Source: Desulfobacterales bacterium (lineage in GTDB: Bacteria > Desulfobacterota > Desulfobacteria > Desulfobacterales > JAHDSC01). From it: a stretch of 64,000 nucleotides of DNA. The notes beneath the pieces were generated by a model. The model did no database searches, was not told where the DNA came from, and saw only the letters and a list, made by a program, of their open reading frames with translations. A program made the position numbers and the translations under genes. Of this stretch, positions 1 to 9,095 are shown in pieces. Every line of letters begins with the position of its first letter. Position 1 is the first letter of the stretch. The stretch spans positions 134,718-198,717 of the forward strand of contig JAXGJZ010000001.1 of NCBI GenBank assembly GCA_040769985.1, written 5' to 3'.

Positions 1-157
1 TCATGCCCTCCATTGAAGGGAAAACGCTGTCAAACCGCCGGCCGGAATATTGGCGGGATGTCAATAGATTCAATTCCACTTCAGGGTGACCGGAAAGAAT
101 CCGAACGAGTTCCGCCCCTGAATACCCGGTTGCTCCAATCACGCCAACCCGGATCAT
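1..157 (-). CDS. argC: N-acetyl-gamma-glutamyl-phosphate reductase, N-terminal fragment; the gene runs off the left edge
   Basis: Not in the ORF track because it is truncated by the window edge. The minus-strand translation from the ATG at 157 is MIRVGVIGATGYSGAELVRILSGHPEVELNLLTSRQYSGRRFDSVFPSMEG. This is the typical ArgC N-terminal Rossmann motif GATGYxGxEL. An AAGGAG RBS lies upstream. Confidence 0.7.
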   Translation of the reverse strand, partial: MIRVGVIGATGYSGAELVRILSGHPEVELNLLTSRQYSGRRFDSVFPSMEGM

Positions 158-469
158 ATCGTCTCCTTATTCATCGGAAAAGTAATAGTTTGGTGTTTCA
201 CAATTGATGATACGATTTCAACCATTTCGGTTTGGACCGGACTCCCCGGAGAAACATCATAAAAAAAGTGTATGCAAGCTACCAGAAGAAACACGATTTT
301 TCAAGGAGAATAGCGGAGAATAGCGAGAGATCAATGGGATGAAAGGTGGTTTGGATCCGCAATAAAAATAAAAAGCGAATACGGGAAGGATTTCACCATT
401 TGGCCGCCATGAATGGAATAGCTTCCAGCCGAAGTAAGATGGGATTTAAAAGAGTTGAAAAATTTCACA

Positions 470-1132
470 TCATTTTTTTTTGCCTGATTTAAATTCCTCC
501 CTCAGAAGCTTGAATTCGGTCCGGATCAGATTTTTAATCTCCGACAGAGCATTTTGAGTAATCTCTTCGGCCGGCCGATCCGATTTTTCGATCGTTGCAT
601 CTTGAGGCTTCTTTTTGCTTTCCGGAATTTTATTTCCGGTTGCTTTCGCTTCATTGATTTTTTTTGCACCGGTTTTTCCGGGCATCAACTGGTCCTTTAT
701 TGCCTTGAATTTTTTTGCCTCGATCGTTAAAATTTTTTTTCTTTCCGTTTCTGAGAGGGATTTTGTTCCGGCAACCATTTCCAAACCCTTGTAAACGGAA
801 TTTAAAACGTTCATGGTGTTCGGGTGAGCCTTGTTTTTGTGTATCTTCAAATGTTTTCCTAAAGCGCCGAGGAGCTTGAGAAACCACAATATGACCGGAT
901 CTCTCTTATACTTTTCTTTCAGCCGCTCTATTTTTTGAATAAAAGCGTTCATCACCTCATCGGTAATTTCCCAGTCGATGGATAAAAGTAAGCTTTTCAG
1001 GTCCGCGAGAGAATCGTTTCCATTCGCTTCATCAATTGCCGGTTCTATCGGAATCTCATCATTCGCGCCGAACAGTTCTTCCAGGCGTGATTCAACCTGA
1101 TCCGTAAGGGTAATATTGTTTTTTTTTGCCAA
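470..1132 (-). CDS. Hypothetical protein of 220 aa with a Lys/Glu-rich C-terminal half, translationally coupled to the mglA-like gene
   Basis: TTG start at 1132. An AGGAG RBS overlaps the mglA stop codon, 8 nt upstream of the start. I recognise no family motif. Confidence 0.6.
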   Translation of the reverse strand: MAKKNNITLTDQVESRLEELFGANDEIPIEPAIDEANGNDSLADLKSLLLSIDWEITDEVMNAFIQKIERLKEKYKRDPVILWFLKLLGALGKHLKIHKNKAHPNTMNVLNSVYKGLEMVAGTKSLSETERKKILTIEAKKFKAIKDQLMPGKTGAKKINEAKATGNKIPESKKKPQDATIEKSDRPAEEITQNALSEIKNLIRTEFKLLREEFKSGKKK

Positions 1133-1143
1133 CGCAAAACCTC

Positions 1144-1749
1144 CTATGTCAGCTCTTTTTTCAGAGAAGAAACGGTCAGCGAGATGATGTTTTTCAATGT
1201 TAGGGCGACATTTGTTCCAGCCAGGGCACTGGCCTCTATGGAAGGCACTTTTAGCTGGGAGTTCAGATCTTTTTCAAGGGTTTCAAGTGAAAGAATAGGT
1301 ATACCCTGCTTTTCGAGATCCCTTTTGTTGTATTGCAGGACCAGAGGAATTGTGAAAATGTTTTTGTTGTTCGCCGTCAGATTTTTCTGCAGATTTTTTA
1401 GGGAAAGAATGTTTTTTTCTCTTCTTACGGTCAGAGAATCGGCAACGAATACCACCCCATCGGCTCCCCTGAGCACCAATTGCCGGGTTGCATCATATTT
1501 GAGTTGCCCCGGAACCGTATACAACTGTATTTTGATGTCATATCCGTTTATTTTTCCGACATCAAACGGAAGGAAATCAAAAAACAGTGTGCGGTCACCA
1601 TGGGTTTTAATGACCACCATATCTGTTTTTATCCGGTTTTTGAATCTCTTGTAAATATATTCCAAATTGGTTGTTTTCCCCCCCCTGCCGGGACCATAGT
1701 ATACTATTTTTGCCTGCACTTCTTTTTTTTTGGGATTGATAAATGCCAT
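1144..1749 (-). CDS. mglA: MglA-family Ras-like small GTPase
   Basis: MAFINPKKKEVQAKIVYYGPGRGGKTTNLEYIY...DRTLFFDFLP...LYTVPGQ...NKRD is nearly collinear with Myxococcus MglA (P-loop, TxFFDF, PGQ, NKxD). The ATG at 1749 with an upstream GAGG RBS is preferred over the longer ORF start at 1779. Confidence 0.85.
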   Translation of the reverse strand: MAFINPKKKEVQAKIVYYGPGRGGKTTNLEYIYKRFKNRIKTDMVVIKTHGDRTLFFDFLPFDVGKINGYDIKIQLYTVPGQLKYDATRQLVLRGADGVVFVADSLTVRREKNILSLKNLQKNLTANNKNIFTIPLVLQYNKRDLEKQGIPILSLETLEKDLNSQLKVPSIEASALAGTNVALTLKNIISLTVSSLKKELT

Positions 1750-2011
1750 TGGGAAAAACCTCGGGAAACAGCAATGCATTATCCATGATTAAACCGGAGA
1801 ATGTGGCGCATTTACATTCTGTTTAAAACAAAACCACGCGTTTGATTGCCTGCCGCCGATTCGCATTTCGAGCCGGGCAGCCTAACATGAATGCAGCCGC
1901 AAAACGATGAGCGATTCTTATCGTCATCAAATTGTATAACAGACCGCATCCGGTGACTGAATCGCTTTTGTTTTTCTTGTGATTTCATTCAAAATGCGAC
2001 ATCCGATAGGA

Positions 2012-2413
2012 TCATGCCAGGGATGGCTCCAGAATCTTGTCAATTTTTTCTATCGCCTCAGCCACCTTCAGCCGGAGGAAACCGAGAGACACCTCATTGC
2101 CGAATATGGTGACCAATAAAAAATCTGTCGAAACCTTGCTGAAATGGAGGTTTTCCTTGATCCCCTTATGAAAGAGAAGAGAAAATTCTTTTTCGCCGAT
2201 CATTTTCGCCATGCTGCTCATCGCTCCGAAATTGCCGGCGGCCAGAGCGGCCAAAGAATAAATATCGTGCCCCATTTCGCCATTATCGAGATGGGTGATG
2301 ATATTGCCTGCCGTATCGATTAAAACAACAGAATGAACACCAAGATTCATAAGATCATTCTGCAAAACCTCCTCTATCCCATCGAGCTGTTCCGGGCCGA
2401 ATGTATATGACAA
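2012..2413 (-). CDS. mglB: Roadblock/LC7-domain protein, MglB-like GTPase-activating partner
   Basis: SLAALAAGNFGAMSSMAKMIGEKEF...LLVTIFGNEVSLGFLRLKV aligns by eye with MglB (SLASLTAGNVAAMGGLAKLIGENEF...VLVVIFDNRTSLGLVRLRI). TTG start with a GGAGG RBS 7 nt upstream. Confidence 0.8.
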   Translation of the reverse strand: MSYTFGPEQLDGIEEVLQNDLMNLGVHSVVLIDTAGNIITHLDNGEMGHDIYSLAALAAGNFGAMSSMAKMIGEKEFSLLFHKGIKENLHFSKVSTDFLLVTIFGNEVSLGFLRLKVAEAIEKIDKILEPSLA

Positions 2414-3033
2414 TGATTTTCCTCCCGTATGATGTTTTTAAAACATGCCTATTATTTTTCCGTTAAACAAACGGAAAAGCGGTATCGATCCATAACGATA
2501 AAAAAGATGTTCTCACGCTGTTATTTATTGATAGTTGAAGCAATATGAATATATATCGGGTTCAATTACATTCTTCTAAAGCAAAAAAATGGCGTTTTAC
2601 AGATTTGGAGAAAACCGGCATCGGCGAATCGATTCGTTAATGAACGACATGACGATTACCAATATTTCGTCTGGAAAATGGATAGGTTTCATCGGATATT
2701 AAAAAACCGTCATTTATCTCTATAAAAACTGAAAAATTGTCGATAATGAGAACATGCCATTTATTCCGGTCTCGTTCAGTTTTTTTAACCAAAAAATGTG
2801 ACAACCAATGCGAGGAATGAAATTGAAAGGGGGAAAATTATTTCGCAGAGGCTTCGACAACCGAATACACGCTTTTACATTGAACCTCGAAAAACAATAT
2901 CTGTTTGAGATTTTACAAAAACAACAGGACCCCGGACCGAAGCCTTTCCTTCACCTCCGGCATCCCGACCCACGGGATTCAGCTTGAAGTGAGGCGAGGA
3001 GGCTTTCAAATAAATACAGACGAGAGGGATACA

Positions 3034-6000
3034 GTGACCACAATTATCGATACGGGAAAGAACATCAACGAACGAAAGCTTGTCGCCCCGGATGTTTTGG
3101 AGTCCGAACACCGTCTGGCGGATATCGTCAATTTTCTTCCGGACGCGACTTTTGTGATCGATCAGGGGGGAAAAGTAATCGCGTGGAACCCGGCCATGGA
3201 GGAGATGACCGGGGTCCGGGTGGAGGAGGTGGTGGGAAAAGGGGACCATGCCTACGCGATCCCTTTTTACGGGACGAGAAGGCCCCTGCTCATCGATCTG
3301 GCGTTGCGGGAGGATGAAACGATCGAGGCGGGATACGCCGTGTTTAAACGGTTCTGCGACAGGGGGGTTATTGCGGAGGTCTATATTCCCACCCTTAAGA
3401 AAGGCACCCACCTTTCCGGAACGGCCAGGGCACTGCGCAATACCAATGGTGAAATCGTCGGAGCCATCGAGTCCATCCGGGATATAACCGAGCGGAAGCG
3501 TCTGGAGGAAACCCTGCGGGAAAGCGAAAAAAGCTATAGAGAGATGTTCGAGAATTCAATCGATGGATGGTTTCAGAGCAGCCCCGAGGGCCGGTACTTG
3601 AACGTGAATCCCGCCTTTGCGAGAATGGCCGGATATGACAGCCCCGATCAGATGATACGGGAGATCACCGACATCGCCCGTCAGTATTATGTGTATCCGG
3701 AGAAAAGGGCACTGGGCAAGGAGATCTATGAAAAAAAAGGTTACAGCCGCACATCCAATATGCAATTCCGTCGGAAGGACGGCAGTATTTTCTGGGGTTC
3801 GGTCGCGGCGCGCGCCGTGCGCGATGAAACCGGAAAAATCGTCCGTTACGAGGGAATTGTCTCCGATATCACGGAGCGGAAGCGGGCCGAGGAGGCTCTT
3901 CGTACCTCCGAGGCAAGTTACCGGGCCATCTTCAATGCGGCGAACGATGCCATTTTTATCCACGATCTGGATACCGGCGCGATCCTTGATGTCAACCGGA
4001 GAATGTCCGAGATGTTCGGCTTCTCCCGTGAGGAGATCCTGAATCATGATGTGGGCATATTGAGTTCGGGTGAAGCCCCATACACTGAGGGGAACGCGCG
4101 GGAGTGGATGCGAAAGGCAAGAGAAGGCGAACCCCAGATCTTTGAATGGCATTGCAAACATAAGAACGGCAACCTCTTCTGGGGCGAAGTGAACCTGAAA
4201 TGGACGGTCATCGGGGGAAAGGAACGGTTGCTCGCGGTTGTGCGCGACATTACCGGCCGCAAGCAGGCGGAAGAAGTCATCCGGAATTCCGAACGCCGCA
4301 TGGCCGATATCATCAACTTTTTGCCGGACGCGACCTTCGTGATCGACACGAAGGGTACGGTCATCGCCTGGAATCATGCGATGGAGAATCTGACGGGCGT
4401 AATGGCGGAGAATATCCTGATGAAAGGCGATTACGAATATGCGCTTCCCTTTTACGGTCAGAGGCGTCCCATCCTGGTCGATTTGGCATTGCGGGCCGAT
4501 GAAAATATCGAACGACTCTATTCCAATATCGAAAAAGAGAACGAGACTTTGACATCGGAGACTTACACGCCGCTTCTGAAGGGGGGCGTATATCTCTGGT
4601 TCAAGGCGCGACCCCTGTATGACTCGAATGGAAATGTGGTGGGCGCCATCGAGTCCATTCGCGACATCACCGCGCGCAGGCTGGCGACAAAGGCGGTCCG
4701 GGAAAGCGAAGAGCGGTTCAATCTCTTTATGGATCATTTTCCCGGAGTGGTTTTCATCAAGGATCTCGAGGGACGATACGTCTATATAAACCGCTACTAT
4801 GAACAGCACCGCGACCGCCGGAGGGAAGAGGTTTACGGCCGAACCGATCTTGAGCTCTGGCCGGTTGAAACCGCCGTCATGTTTCAGGAGGCGGACCGGC
4901 GCGTGATGACGGAGGGGATCAGCATGGAGATGGTGGAAACGATCCGGCAGACGGATGGGACGGAAAACATTCAAAGAACCATCAAATTTCCGCTTCTGAA
5001 AGACGGCAGACCGACTTTTCTGGCGGGCTTCGGCCTGGATATCGGCAGGCAGATGAAGGCGGAGGAAGAATTGCGAGAGAGCGAAGAGCGGTACCGACGT
5101 CTCCACGAGAGTATTACCGATGCGGTAGTGACTACGGATCTGAAAGGAAGGATTCATGATTTCAACCGGGTCTATCAGAAAATGATGGGATATTCCGGCG
5201 AGGAGCTCAAACAGACGACCTATACGGATCTTACGCCCGAAAAATGGTGGTTTTTAGAGACCACGATTATCCAGGAACAGGTTTTGGCGCGAGGGTACTC
5301 GGATGTTTACGAGAAGGAATATCGCAGGAAGGACGGCACGGTTTTTCCCGTGGAGTTGCGCACCTTCCTGATTCGAGATAAGAGCGCGGAACCCGTCGGG
5401 ATGTGGGCGATCGTGCGGGATATCACCGAGCGCAAGGCGGCCGAGCATGCGCTCCGGGAATCGGAGGAAAAGTATCGCATGGTGGTCGAGCACGCCAACG
5501 ATGCCGTCTTCATCGCGCAGGATTCTGTAATAAGGTTTTTGACGGCCAGATTATCGGAAATTACCGGGTATTCAGCGCAAGAGATTCAGGTGAAGCACAT
5601 TTCCGATTTGATCGCCCCTGAAGACAGGGATTGGGTTTTCGAACGGTATCAGAGACGGTTAAAAGGAGAGGAAGTACCCACTCCCTATGAATTCAGGATC
5701 CTGACCAGTACGGGCAAGGTTCGATGGGTGGATATCAATGCCGTGCTCATCGAGTGGGAGGGACGGCCGGCGACGCTCAATTTTCTGCGGGACATTACGG
5801 CCAGGAGGCAGATGGAGGCCGCGCTCGTGCATGCCCAGAAGATGGAGGCCGTCGGGACTCTTGCCGGTGGGGTGGCCCACGACTTCAACAACCTTCTTCA
5901 GGGGATTCTGGGCTATTCCGAACTGCTTCTGCTGAACAAGGCCACCGAAGAGAAAGGCGGTCGGGAACTCCGGGAGATCCTCCATGCCGCCGGAAGAGGA

Positions 6001-6954
6001 GCGGAACTCGCCCGGCAGCTTCTTACCTTCAGCCGCAAGGTGGAGAGCCGGCTCAAACCGGTCGATCTCAACCGGGAGGTGCTTAACGTCGCGCAGCTCC
6101 TTCAGCGCACCATCCCGAAGATGATCGAGATCGAACTTCGCCTGGCCCCGGGGCTGCGTCGGGTAAATGCCGATGCGAACCAGATCGAACAGGTGCTCAT
6201 GAACCTGGCCGTCAACGCCAAGGACGCCATGCCCGACGGCGGACGGCTGACGATCGAGACGGCAAACGTAACCCTGGATGAAGAATACTGCAGGAGTCAT
6301 TTAGGAGCGGTCCCGGGAGAACACCTTCTTCTTTCGGTTACCGATAACGGTTGCGGAATGACGAAAGAGACCCTGGACCACATTTTCGAGCCGTTTTACA
6401 CCACCAAGGGGGTGGGAAAGGGAACCGGTCTCGGGCTTGCCATGGTCTACGGGATCGTGAAGAGCCACAACGGCTACATCATGTGTTACAGCGAAATTGG
6501 GTCAGGCACCACCTTCAAGATTTATCTTCCGGCCGTTATGGCTGCCGCCGAGCAGGTTGAAGAGAAGAAAGAGGCGCCGCTTCGCGGCGGGACGGAGACC
6601 ATTTTGCTGGTGGACGACGAGGAATCCATTCGCACGGCGGGCGAGGCGATTCTTTCCCGGTTCGGATACCGGGTACTTACCGCGGCGAACGGGGAGACAG
6701 CGCTGGAGATCTATCGCGGGAACCGCGAGCGGATCGATCTGATCATCCTCGATTTGATCATGCCGGGCATGGGAGGCAGAAAGTGCCTGGAGAAGATTCT
6801 GGAGTTCGATCCGGAAGCAAAAGTGCTTATCGCCAGCGGTTATGGGGCGACCGGGCCGATACGGGAAACGATGGATGCCGGGGCCAGGGGATTTATCAGC
6901 AAGCCTTACCATATGCGAAACATCCTCAACACGGTTCGAAACATACTCGATTAG
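3034..6954 (+). CDS. Multi-PAS hybrid sensor histidine kinase (about 7 PAS/PAC modules, HisKA, HATPase_c, C-terminal receiver)
   Basis: Repeated PAS S-box modules ending in IRDITERK-type PAC motifs. H-box AGGVAHDFNNLLQGILGYSELL. ATPase boxes NLAVNAKDAM and GTGLGLAMVYGIV. Receiver ILLVDDEE...ILDLIMPGMGG...K. There is no in-frame ATG upstream of the first PAS domain, so the start is uncertain. I chose the GTG at 3034, preceded by AGAGGGA; the ORF could begin at the TTG at 2905. Confidence 0.85.
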   Translation: MTTIIDTGKNINERKLVAPDVLESEHRLADIVNFLPDATFVIDQGGKVIAWNPAMEEMTGVRVEEVVGKGDHAYAIPFYGTRRPLLIDLALREDETIEAGYAVFKRFCDRGVIAEVYIPTLKKGTHLSGTARALRNTNGEIVGAIESIRDITERKRLEETLRESEKSYREMFENSIDGWFQSSPEGRYLNVNPAFARMAGYDSPDQMIREITDIARQYYVYPEKRALGKEIYEKKGYSRTSNMQFRRKDGSIFWGSVAARAVRDETGKIVRYEGIVSDITERKRAEEALRTSEASYRAIFNAANDAIFIHDLDTGAILDVNRRMSEMFGFSREEILNHDVGILSSGEAPYTEGNAREWMRKAREGEPQIFEWHCKHKNGNLFWGEVNLKWTVIGGKERLLAVVRDITGRKQAEEVIRNSERRMADIINFLPDATFVIDTKGTVIAWNHAMENLTGVMAENILMKGDYEYALPFYGQRRPILVDLALRADENIERLYSNIEKENETLTSETYTPLLKGGVYLWFKARPLYDSNGNVVGAIESIRDITARRLATKAVRESEERFNLFMDHFPGVVFIKDLEGRYVYINRYYEQHRDRRREEVYGRTDLELWPVETAVMFQEADRRVMTEGISMEMVETIRQTDGTENIQRTIKFPLLKDGRPTFLAGFGLDIGRQMKAEEELRESEERYRRLHESITDAVVTTDLKGRIHDFNRVYQKMMGYSGEELKQTTYTDLTPEKWWFLETTIIQEQVLARGYSDVYEKEYRRKDGTVFPVELRTFLIRDKSAEPVGMWAIVRDITERKAAEHALRESEEKYRMVVEHANDAVFIAQDSVIRFLTARLSEITGYSAQEIQVKHISDLIAPEDRDWVFERYQRRLKGEEVPTPYEFRILTSTGKVRWVDINAVLIEWEGRPATLNFLRDITARRQMEAALVHAQKMEAVGTLAGGVAHDFNNLLQGILGYSELLLLNKATEEKGGRELREILHAAGRGAELARQLLTFSRKVESRLKPVDLNREVLNVAQLLQRTIPKMIEIELRLAPGLRRVNADANQIEQVLMNLAVNAKDAMPDGGRLTIETANVTLDEEYCRSHLGAVPGEHLLLSVTDNGCGMTKETLDHIFEPFYTTKGVGKGTGLGLAMVYGIVKSHNGYIMCYSEIGSGTTFKIYLPAVMAAAEQVEEKKEAPLRGGTETILLVDDEESIRTAGEAILSRFGYRVLTAANGETALEIYRGNRERIDLIILDLIMPGMGGRKCLEKILEFDPEAKVLIASGYGATGPIRETMDAGARGFISKPYHMRNILNTVRNILD

Positions 6955-6968
6955 GGAGGTTCACCCCC

Positions 6969-9095
6969 ATGGACGGGGAGAAAGATCGCAGGGACAGCGT
7001 TGTACGATTCCACACCCGTTACGCTTTTTTTATCGGGCTGGTTTTCTTGGCTTTGATGCTGGTTTTCACCTTTCTTCTGGCCAAGCAGTACAACCTCCAT
7101 ACGTCTCATGAAAAGTCATTGCTGGAAAATAATTTTCTGGAGCGTGTCCGTCACCTTGACAACATGCTGAACTCCGTGGCGATGCTGGTTCGCAGCATGC
7201 AGGCGGCGGCCGAAACCGATTTGAGGGAAGCGTTGCAGCCGGAAAACTTGGTTCCTCCGCCGGCTTTCCGAGGTCTTGCCGATGCGCCGGAGGAACAACG
7301 TTACCATCTGGACGAAATTTTACCTCCGTTGCAACGGGAGACCGTCGGCAATCTAACCGGAGAAGGATCCATCCGGAACCGTTCGCGTGATTTCTACCGT
7401 GAGATCCATATGGCATTACGGCTCAATCGCCACTTTTTTGCCGTTTCTCAAGCGCTGAAAAATATCGCATGGATTTACTACACGTCCGCCGGGGGATTTA
7501 TCAACATTTATCCGTGGGTGTCTTCAAACGATTTTCATTTCTCCAGGGAACTCTACTCTCATGGATTTTACATTCTCGGACTTCCCGAGAACAATCCCGC
7601 CCGCGATCTATTCTGGACCGAAGTATACGTGGATGAATACGGCAAGGGGCTGATGACCACCTGCGCGGCTCCTGTTTACGATAATGAGCGTTTTCTCGGC
7701 ACCATCGCCATCGATTTGACGGTTGATTTCCTCAACACCACGGTAAAGGAGTTTCGTGAGAAAGACGGGGTCATGTTTGTCGTTAATGAATACGGGCAAA
7801 TTGTGGCACACCCCAGCCTGGTAACATCACGGGATCCGCGGCCCAGGAATATAAAAGAAGCTCTCCCGTCTTCCCTGAAACAAATCGAAGACCCTCTGCA
7901 TTATGTACAGGACCATGGAATCACCAGGATCGGATCGTGGGCCGTTATGAAAAGCCTTATGAAATCAGCTCCCTGGCATGTCGTCTATATGGAACCGGTC
8001 CGGTCGATTTGGTCGTCTTTTTCGGAAAGATTCGGAATCGGAACGGTCGGTATTCTGCTGGTCATACCGTTGTTGGTAATTTCGGTACTGGTCGTTACCC
8101 ACAAACATTTTGTATTACCGGCGGAACAATTCGGCGTTCACGTCATGGGCCGCAGCCGATGCCCCACCTCCCTTCCGGCCCGCAAGGTTCCAAGGCACTG
8201 GCAAGTATGGTTTGATGCCGTCGACAGAGCGTTCAGTGAAAATGATGCACTCAACGCAGAAATTGAAAGGAAAAACGATGAACTGGAGGCGAAGGTCGAG
8301 GAACGCACGGCAAAAATGATGGAATCCAACCGACAACTGCGAAAGGAGATCGCGGAACGCAAACAGGCACAGGAGGCGATGAAAACTTCCGAACGACGTT
8401 TGACCGATATCATCAGTTTTTTGCCCGACGCCACATTTGTTATCGACAAAGAAGGGAAGATCGTTGCCTGGAATCGGGCCATTGAGGACTTGACCGGAAT
8501 CAAGGCCGAAGAGATGGTGGGCAAAGACAACTATGAATACGCGATTCCTTTTTATGGTACCCGGAGACCCATGCTGATTGATCTGGTCCTTCACGGCGAC
8601 GCAGAGATCGAAGCGCAATACGCTTCCTTTGAAAGGCTGTGGGATGCCGCTTTCTGCGAGACTTACGGAACGTTTTTGAAAGAAGGAATGTGGTTATGGG
8701 GCGCGGCGAGGGTGCTGCGGGATTCCTGCAACAATATGGTTGGGGCAATTCAGTCTATCAGGGATATCAGCGCGCGAAAGCAAATGGAAGAGGAAAGGCT
8801 GCGGAGAGAAAAGCTGCAGGGGGTTCTGGAAATGGCCGGTGCCGTTTGCCACGAACTCAACCAGCCGATGCAAGTCGTTTTAGGATATTCGGAATTGCTG
8901 AGGATGAATTTGCCGGACGAAAAAATTTTACCCAAAGATATCGAAACCATCCGGGAGCAAATCGTAAGGATGGGAGAAACAACAAAAAAGCTCATGAAAA
9001 TTACAGGATATGAAACGACTGACTACCTTGGCGACGGGAAGATAGTAGACATCGAAAAATCTTCGGACAAGAAGGAAAAAACCCATGCAGAATAA
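6969..9095 (+). CDS. Membrane sensor with a Cache-like periplasmic domain, a TM helix, a PAS domain and a HisKA-like DHp domain, but no HATPase_c domain
   Basis: ATG at 6969, 9 nt after GGGAGG. The upstream part of the ORF overlaps the end of the previous gene and is rejected. N-terminal TM FFIGLVFLALMLVFTFLL. Cache-like WIYYTSAGGFINIYPW...YVDEYGKGLMTTCAAPVY. Second TM. PAS FLPDATFVID. H-box AGAVCHELNQPMQVVLGYSELL. The protein ends about 65 aa after the H-box. Confidence 0.8.
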   Translation: MDGEKDRRDSVVRFHTRYAFFIGLVFLALMLVFTFLLAKQYNLHTSHEKSLLENNFLERVRHLDNMLNSVAMLVRSMQAAAETDLREALQPENLVPPPAFRGLADAPEEQRYHLDEILPPLQRETVGNLTGEGSIRNRSRDFYREIHMALRLNRHFFAVSQALKNIAWIYYTSAGGFINIYPWVSSNDFHFSRELYSHGFYILGLPENNPARDLFWTEVYVDEYGKGLMTTCAAPVYDNERFLGTIAIDLTVDFLNTTVKEFREKDGVMFVVNEYGQIVAHPSLVTSRDPRPRNIKEALPSSLKQIEDPLHYVQDHGITRIGSWAVMKSLMKSAPWHVVYMEPVRSIWSSFSERFGIGTVGILLVIPLLVISVLVVTHKHFVLPAEQFGVHVMGRSRCPTSLPARKVPRHWQVWFDAVDRAFSENDALNAEIERKNDELEAKVEERTAKMMESNRQLRKEIAERKQAQEAMKTSERRLTDIISFLPDATFVIDKEGKIVAWNRAIEDLTGIKAEEMVGKDNYEYAIPFYGTRRPMLIDLVLHGDAEIEAQYASFERLWDAAFCETYGTFLKEGMWLWGAARVLRDSCNNMVGAIQSIRDISARKQMEEERLRREKLQGVLEMAGAVCHELNQPMQVVLGYSELLRMNLPDEKILPKDIETIREQIVRMGETTKKLMKITGYETTDYLGDGKIVDIEKSSDKKEKTHAE

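Noticed and set aside
13-207. 64-aa plus-strand ORF at the left edge
   Set aside because: It is antisense to the clear argC N-terminus on the minus strand.
304-323. Tandem duplication GGAGAATAGC x2
   Set aside because: There are only two units of 10 bp in a spacer. This is not a CRISPR or VNTR-scale array.
3556-5157. 533-aa ORF on the minus strand inside the hybrid kinase gene
   Set aside because: It is antisense to a gene with clear PAS and kinase motifs. Its sequence is low-complexity and Arg/Pro/Gly/His-rich, typical of shadow ORFs in G+C-rich coding DNA. It has no RBS and no family motifs.
6783-6968. Upstream extension of the Cache-PAS sensor ORF, overlapping the end of the hybrid kinase gene
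   Set aside because: The extension lies out of frame inside the receiver domain of the previous gene. The ATG at 6969 has a GGGAGG RBS and is directly followed by a TM segment.
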